Made by a program: the position numbers and the translations under genes. From the human T2T-CHM13v2.0 reference genome, Homo sapiens: DNA of 64,000 bases. The notes beneath the pieces were generated by a model. It ran no database searches. It was not told the origin of the DNA and saw only the letters and a list, made by a program, of their open reading frames with translations. Where the stretch lies: assembly GCF_009914755.1 (NCBI RefSeq), contig NC_060937.1. One strand, written 5' to 3'. Below are positions 56,041 through 64,000 of the stretch, one piece after another (position 1 is the first letter of the stretch; the number at the start of each line of letters is the position of its first letter).

Positions 56041-59000
56041 TTTAGTAAAAGGCAGGCAAATACTGGAAGACTATTCACATTTGAATTTGACAAAAAAAAA
56101 CAAACGAAAGCCATTTTACAATTAAGGCAACTTAGATGTCAGGACAAGAAAACTGTAGGACCAGCATTAAGTAGTCAGTTGAGTGTGGGAACATAATCCA
56201 CAGGAGAATCTAGTGTGTATAATGAAAGTCTGGAAAAATTCAGTATAATATCATTTCAATAACTATTCCTTTTAAGATTCCCCTTAGAAGAACACATAAC
56301 TTAGATGTCCTGAGGACAGAATCTGGAGCACATCTGAGCATTTATAAACTGGATTCTGCCTGGCACTTAAAATGTTTTCCTATTTAGGAGATTTAATTGT
56401 CAAATGAGGCTTTTATCTTTTGATCCTATCAACTGATATCCTGCAGAAAACGCTGGATGATGGATTTCTTTGGAACACACGATCATTCTGTAATTTTACC
56501 TTTCTTTCCTTTTCCTCTGTTTCTTTACTTGTAACTGAACCCTGAAATAGAACTTAATCTGTCAGCTGCACTCTACATTTGTTCTTTTTGCACAGAAAAC
56601 ACTATTATTGCAGATATTCAAACTATACAAACTATACATTTTTCTTAAAATTCAACATAGTTGAAATAAAAAGGTTTTGCAAATGTATTTAAAACTCTTC
56701 AGTGCTTACTATGCTGTTTTTACATAGTATCTTTTAGTAGGAAAAACAGAAACATGGCGAGGTAATGTCTCTTTTTTTTTGCCTAATGCTAATTAAATAA
56801 TCTGTAAACTTAAATACTATCAAGATTTTGAATCAGCTGAAAATCAAACTGAGTCATTCATAATTTTTTCTGAATCTTGATATTTTTGCAGTTATTCTGC
56901 AGAGTGTCTTGAAATGCTAGAAGCTGTAATAATTTGTGGCTATTCTATTTCTCAAGGACATTAGATAGAAATTTCAAAAAAATACTTCTGTTCATAAGAC
57001 AGTGAGTTATACCCATCTTTAGGGAGGTAAAGTAGACGTTTTGAAATGCTTTTGAGATTTCAGGAGCCATGGTAAAAAGAATAGAAGCAGTTAGATTCTT
57101 AACTCTCCCTAAATGTGTTATTATTTAACAAAAATAGGAATTGATTGAATAGTTTTGAGTCTAATTACCAACAGTTTACTCCATTTGTGTTTTAAAATGG
57201 GAAATGTATCTTGATTCATTAATGGAAATTGCTTCATTTTGTCCTCCATGAAACATGGAGATGTTAAAGTTTTATCATAATACAGTTGAAATTACTTAGT
57301 AAGATGAAATTACTAATTTCCACACAAATACAACGCTTACTATTTCATTACTATTACTAGTAATTTTCATCTTTCATTTTAGTAATTATATGGTCTGCAC
57401 TATATAATTCTTTCTTTCTGAAAGAATACTCATCAGAAGTTATATTAATACTTTGAAAGGTTTATGAAAAATAAAAAATGAAAGATGCCCAGCATTTTTT
57501 TTCTGGTGTATTTTTAGCAAGATCAGATATCATAGAATTTAAATGAAGAACTTTGCTCTACGTAATTAGTCATTGATCAAAGAAACGACAAATTTTGGAA
57601 TGAAAATAGCAAATTCAGTTAAAATATTCTGCAAAAATACTTCTAAAATTATTTTTAAAAGATAGTTGTTAAGGCATAGGACTATTACTCTTGGATACTA
57701 TTTTTTCTAGGTGTATCATATGAGTATTAATAATTCAATCTGAAACAAATCAGTAAGCTTTCTAGTATTGAAATTTTCTCTTTTGCTTTCCTACTGTGTC
57801 ACCATCGTACTGTTTTGTTTTACACAGTGAGAGCATAATTTTCTTCTACAGGGACCACGAAGCTTCAGGCCAGCCCTGTCCCGAAGTCTTCTGTGCTTCA
57901 TGTCGAGTGGTCTGCAGTGGACTGTGTCTGCTTGAAGCGATGCTCCGGAGGGCTTATTGTTGTGTGGGGTAAAGCATGAGATCACTGAAAAATGAGAGAA
58001 ATCGAGCATACGAAATGTGAAGCATATCTGTTGACACCATGCGCTCCCTTTGCTTGCACTGGATGGCGCATGGTTTCCGTGCGCAGTGCCTGAGGTGTGG
58101 GGCAGGCGAGGCCCATGCAGCCTGGCTCCTTTCCAGAAGGTTGCTGTTCATTACAGCTCGAGTGTGCTGGGTTCTGCAGATATTATCTATTTTAAATTAA
58201 CGCTCCGTAAAAGGAATTTAAAGTTTTCTGAAAAGAAACCAATGAATGAAGCTAATAGTAATAATGCAAACACAAGCAAGCTGCCAAGTAAGCCATTTTT
58301 CTATTACGGAGCCCTTCATCAGTCATATTATTAAAGAAAAAACAACAATACTAGTAATAATGATCACCTATTCAAGACCAAGAGGTTGATCCTCCAAAAT
58401 TCAAACAAGGAAAAATCTCTCCCAATCTCTCCTTTCCTCCATCCCTTTTCTTTACTTCTCATCCCATATATAATATTATATAATGCATACGTAATAAAAG
58501 ACATTCACTATTATTAGCAATGATTCCTTATCTGTATATTGTGCCTTAAGATATATTAGCAAATGGTGTGCATATTTAGAAGACTTATTTTTAAAAATAA
58601 TATATATGTTGGGGTAAAGGGTCAACCCTTTATTCATTGACAAGCGAGGTTATCAAAGAAGTCTGGACTCATTTTTGCTCTTCCAAGTCTAAATATAAAT
58701 TTTGGTTTATAAAGGATTTCATATGGTTCCCAACAGCACATTGTAAAAATTCAACTCTCTGCCTTACTAGTTATTGAAGTCATCTTACAGATGGCCACAA
58801 TAAGTCCCTTCTTATTTATTTTTGCCAATATAATTTGTAGGGTAGATGTATGTAGTTTGCTTGATTCTGACCGGAAATCTGTTCTGTTTCCTGCTTGACT
58901 GAAATTTGGGGCAATGGAGGCAGCAGAAATATGCAAATATAAACCTGAGTTACACAATGGGCTTTGGTTCAGTGGATGAATATTATTTAATTTTCCAATG

Positions 59001-59279
59001 TCATTGTAAGAAATTGAGAGATGAACTTGAACTTTTAAAACTTTGTGGACAAAATATCATCAATATTAAGGGAACAAGTTTCTTAAACTTTAGAAGGAAA
59101 TCAATTCTAATGTGTAGTTAACCAGATTGTTCATTGTTGGGTTTATCATTAACTTGGTCTTTACCTCATTAACTTCCCTCTGTCTTATTGTTTATTATGC
59201 TGCGTTTATTTTCTCTGTAATCAAGTGTAACTGTAGCATTGGGGAGAGTATTAGATTTTCTATAGATTTGGGTGTTTCA

Positions 59280-59786
59280 TGTGCAGCAGACCACGTGCTA
59301 TTTTTGCCCGAGCAGCTCTTGTTCACCTTTGTTCTGGAGACAGAACTCTCCTTTAATTTTGGAAACTTCCCCTCCTATTACTGATAGGGCTGTCAATCGC
59401 ATGTCCCCCAAGCCTCCATCAATGTGATGGCCAGGGACTTGTGTGGGTCACAGACTCAAACCTGAACTTCTGCCGAAGATATCAAGAAGGAGAAGCCCTC
59501 TATTTACTGAAGTCTCTGACTGTAATAACTGAGTGAATTGATATCTTCCAGCAGCCACTGTAGCACCACAAAAGGAAGGCTTGTCCAGGAATTAAACCAA
59601 CACAAGGAAAGCCCAGACAAAGAGGGAAGGATGGGCTCATGATGTTTGAACCTCTGATCTGTCTATGCCTTGAGCCAGCCACACTGCAGGATGCTGTTGC
59701 TCCAGCAATTAAATGTTCTATTTTTGTTTAGGTTAGTTTGTGTCAGTGTGTGTCACTTATTACTAAAATGTTCCTGAGATAGACAA
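59280..59786 (+). mobile_element. old MLT1 (J/K/L-type) LTR containing the left arm (59379-59732) of an inverted repeat
   Basis: GGGCTGTCAATC, AAACCAACACAAGGAAAGC and TTTGAACCTCTGATC...GCCTTGAGCCAG blocks; TGTCACTTATTACTAAAATGTTCCTGAGATAGACA end. Confidence 0.7.
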
Positions 59787-60394
59787 CACTGTGGAGGGAA
59801 GATCATATGAACTTAATGATTTGACCTAAAAAATGGCAATTTCTTAGGATTCAAACCAATATAATAAAAAATGCAGGTGGTCAGATGACTCAAGAACCAT
59901 TGCTTTGTGTTCTTGGCCTCTTTGAGCTTCAGTTTCCTCATATTGAAAGGAGAGAGATAACTGTCTACCCACGCATCGGTTCACACACAGAAACGGGAAA
60001 TGCAGGATCAGGTAAAGCATAGAAAAACCTTTGTAGACTATCTGGCTCTATAAAATGTTACCTATTGTTACACATTGGAAGATCTGATTCCTTGAGATAT
60101 ATTACAGTGTATAGAGTGAGCTTACTGGTCATGCTTAGGAAAAATTTTGGAATTGGTAGCACATGTGAGGCTGTGAAGACTTCAAAATTTGACTGCAGAT
60201 GTTATAAAGTCCTGTGTTTTGGCAGATAATCATCTCCCCATTTAGAATTCACAGGACTCATCTGGCATCCGGTGGAGTTGGTAGGAGCTGATTAATGCCT
60301 GGCTTCTAGTGGAGATGATGAGAACTGGTCAATGTAAGTTACGTTAGGATGGCATTGTGGACGTCAGAAACCCAAAAGAGGACAGAAACCCAAG

Positions 60395-60731
60395 CCTAAA
60401 CAAAAATAGGACATTTAATTGCTGGAGCAACAGCATCCTGCAGTGTGGCTGGCTCAAGGCATAGACAGATCAGAGGTTCAAACATCATGAGCCCATCCTT
60501 CCCTCTCTGTCTGGGCTTTCCTTGTGTTGGTTTAATTCCTGGAAAAGCCTTCCTTTTGTGGTGCTACGGTGGCTGTGGAAGTTATTACAGTCAGAGACTT
60601 CAGTAAATAGAGGGCTTCTCCTTCTTGATATCTTCGGCAGAAGTTCAGGTTTGAGTCTGTGGCCCACACAAGTTCCTGGCCATCACATTGATGGAGGTTT
60701 GGGGGAGATGTGATTGACAGCCCTATCAGTA
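60395..60731 (-). repeat. right arm of inverted repeat (MLT1-derived)
   Basis: Reverse complement of 59379-59732 with about 9 substitutions, one 16-bp indel and one 1-bp indel. Confidence 0.97.
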
Positions 60732-61474
60732 CTTAGTCTATGTTGCTTTTAGCCAGTACAGTTCATCCCAAAACAATCTTCTAAAATCGGTACTCTAAGC
60801 TTATCACATGGATTAACAATTACTAAGTGGTTCTATGAAAATCCCAACTGAGTTACACAGGCAAGATCCCAACCCAAGATTGTCCAAGTATAAAACGGAG
60901 GCTCAGTTCCTCATTTTGTTACTGTTGCTTTGAAAAGTAAAGACCATCTAGCCCTTCTGCTGCTGCAAATGAACTAAGAGATGAGGTAGGGTGCTTTGTG
61001 GCCTGTGACTGGTTGTAGTACATCCAGTCATAAGGGGAAATTCAATTTCAGGTTGGAAATCCTTATAAATCTATAGTAGTGTGTAAAGGAGTGTGGTACT
61101 TCTGAAAGTATAATCGCCATCTTTTTAAAAGGCCATTTTGACACAATGTATATGTGTGCATATGTACAAACTTGCTCACTAAAATGGACATACAGTAAAT
61201 CTGGGCTTTGTAACTAGGACTACACGATACATAACTCAATAATTAGTATATGAGGTACTCTGAAAAATAAAAATGGTAAAATATATGGAAGACACTGCTT
61301 TAAAGAGATGTAATGGGTCCCATTTCGGAGAAAGAAAAACAGACAATAAATCTGTTGAATAAATACAGACTAAAATCTGGATAGAATTATCTCTAATGAG
61401 TTAATGGGTTAATTCAAAATAATATTTTAGACTTCCAGCCACAGGCTCAACAGATTCACTAAGTCTGTCCTCAG

Positions 61475-61592
61475 CATCAGTTTTCTGAATCTGTTCTATA
61501 TTTATTTTAGTGGAAATTAGTGGAGAATTAAGACAGAACTAAATTACTTTTCCATGATGTGTACACTGCACTCATTCCATAAAAAGAGTTTC
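61475..61592 (+). repeat. local direct duplication, copy A (118 bp, probable donor)
   Basis: 116/118 identical to 63152-63269. Confidence 0.97.
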
Positions 61593-62474
61593 CTCAAAGT
61601 TTAATTTATCAATTGGAGTGTAAGATTAAAATAAAGATACTCTCTGGACATATACAAATATACACATATGTACACAGATATACATTTCTCTCTCATGAAG
61701 CTCTCCATGGTACTATAGGCATAGAAAAAATTATGTCACCAAGGACAGAATTTATTTTATAAAATGATTTCTGAGATAAGTAGTTGCTGAAGAATATCCC
61801 ACTGACATTCTATGATATTTCAAACTCAGACTTAACAGACTTGGAATCTGCTTTTTATTGTATAAATCAATTTTAGCAGTATTTGTAAATAGTAGTAAGA
61901 TGCCAAGATGTGAACATTAAAGACTTTTGAAAATATTCAGAAGTATATACAATACAATGTTTCAGATAAACATTAGTAGCCTTATGCTCAGCTTTGAAAA
62001 GAAAAAAATTCTTTACCCAAAGAAGAAATATTTTTACATTTTTATAAGTTATCTGTTATTCATATTGCAACTCTATACTAAGCACTGGTTTTTCTTAATA
62101 TTAATTAGATAACCAGAGTGGTAAAATAGATTTGCAATTTATAGAGCAAAGATTTGTATTTAGAATAAACAAAGAACTCTTAAAAATGAATAAGAAAAAT
62201 TTAAATACCCAACGGGAGAAAATGGCAAATAGTATAAAAGAAGGAACCAAAAGCCAAGAACTGTTCAACCATACTAGTCTTTAGAGAGATGCAAAATAAA
62301 ATAATAGCTTCACATTTATTCTGTTGGCAGATGAGGAGGTAGGCAAACAGGAATATATATACATCCCTGGTAAAATTGCAAAGTAGTACCACCTCTTTAA
62401 AGAGAAACTAAATAATATTGAATAAAGTTGAAGTTACCTATACCTTTGATTCAGTAACTTCACTTCTAGGTGTC

Positions 62475-62841
62475 TGTATTAATCCATTTTTACACTGCTG
62501 ATAAAGACATACCCAGGAAATTTTGCAATTTCCAAAATAAAGAGGTTTAATTGGACTCACAGTTCCACGTGGCTGGGGAGGCCTCACAATCATGGCAGAA
62601 GGCAAGAAGGAGCAAGTCACATCTTAGGTGGATGGCGGCAGGCAAAGAGAACTTGTGCAGAGAAACTCCCCCTTATAATACTGTCAGATCTCATGAGGCT
62701 TATTCACTATCACAAGAACAGCACAGGAAAGACCCACCCCCATAATCCAATCACCTCCCACCGGTTCCCTCCCACCACACGTGGGAATTATGGGAGCTAC
62801 AAGATGAGATTTGGGTGGGGACACAGAGCCAAACCATATCG
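62475..62841 (-). mobile_element. THE1C-type solo LTR
   Basis: TGTATTAATCCATTTTTACACTGCTGATAAAGACATACCC...GAGATTTGGGTGGGGACACAGAGCCAAACCATATC; perfect TSD GTGTC (62470-74 / 62842-46). Confidence 0.93.
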
Positions 62842-63151
62842 GTGTCTGTTCTAGAGAAACTTTTACACAAATGCACAAGAAGATTATGCAAAATGATCAT
62901 CATTGCAGCATCGTATATAGTAGTAAAAAGTAGAAGCAACTTAAACATAACTTTTTAGTGTAATGGCCAAAAAAACCCCGATTTAATCCCATAATACAAT
63001 AAATAGTATGTAGCATATGTAGAACTAGATCAGCATGGATCAAACTAAAAAATGTAATTAAGTGTAAAAGGCAAGCTACAAAGCAACTAAACAGCATAAA
63101 ACAGTAGTGTAAATTTGTAACACAGAAGCAATAGCGTATAGACTTCATACA

Positions 63152-63269
63152 CATCAGTTTTCTGAATCTGTTCTATATTTATTTTAGTGGAAATTAGTGA
63201 AGAATTAAGACAGAACTAAATTACTTTTCCATGATGTGTATACTGCACTCATTCCATAAAAAGAGTTTC
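63152..63269 (+). repeat. local direct duplication, copy B (inserted in L1ME)
   Basis: 116/118 identical to 61475-61592; L1-like sequence on both sides. Confidence 0.97.
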
Positions 63270-63521
63270 TTATGCAGGTGAAGTACCAAAACAAGTCTGA
63301 GAATGTTACACACCACTTTCAGATTATAAGATGCCTCTGGGGAGAGAGAAATAAATAATAGAAAGGAAGGTCATTGCTTTAATTTATAATGTTTAGTTTA
63401 ATCTCTTAAAAATAAAAGATCTGAAGCAAATACTGCAAAATGATAATATTTGTTTAACCTCTACATTTGGGTGTTACATTTTGGTGTTACATTACCTTTT
63501 CTATAGGTTTGAAATATATTA

Positions 63522-63902
<381 letters not shown>

Positions 63903-64000
63903 TTAAAATATATTGTTTCACCTCTTTTCTTTAGCTTCCCCAGCCTATCCTTCCAAGGTAAGTCCTGAGCAAACCTTGTTTTGATTTGATTATAGAGGTG

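Noticed and set aside
57290-57390. Imperfect inverted repeat AAGATGAAATTACTA / TAGTAATTTTCATCTT as a pre-miRNA or MITE
   Set aside because: Short, very AT-rich stem with a large loop; plausible by chance, no TSD

Overview
This window is primate (most likely human) non-coding euchromatin, AT-rich and dense in interspersed repeats. It carries Alu S/J copies, many solo ERVL-MaLR LTRs (THE1, MLT1), ERVL LTRs (MLT2, LTR16, LTR33), one decayed ERVL LTR-PBS-gag-pro remnant, L1M/L2/L3 and MIR fragments, and hAT DNA transposons (MER45B, MER5A, MER20). No intact protein-coding gene, RNA gene or CRISPR array is supported. The only gene-derived feature is a full-length processed pseudogene of ATP5MC1 (ATP5G1, ATP synthase subunit c) at about 49.7-50.3 kb. 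The structures not explained by ordinary repeat annotation are three local copy events: (1) a ~97%-identical ~340-bp inverted repeat made of ancient MLT1-type LTR sequence flanking a 662-bp spacer (59.4-60.7 kb); (2) a 203-bp gap-free, 79%-identical direct copy of MIR-derived DNA inside a younger MLT2B LTR (10.4/11.5 kb); (3) a 118-bp, 98%-identical direct copy inserted into an old L1 (61.5/63.2 kb). There is also a perfect 15-bp-arm palindrome next to a candidate recursive splice site, a CpG-retaining patch and several candidate non-coding exons. I do not see evidence for a new gene system. Repeat subfamily names come from recalled consensus sequences, not from a database search, and boundaries of old elements are approximate.
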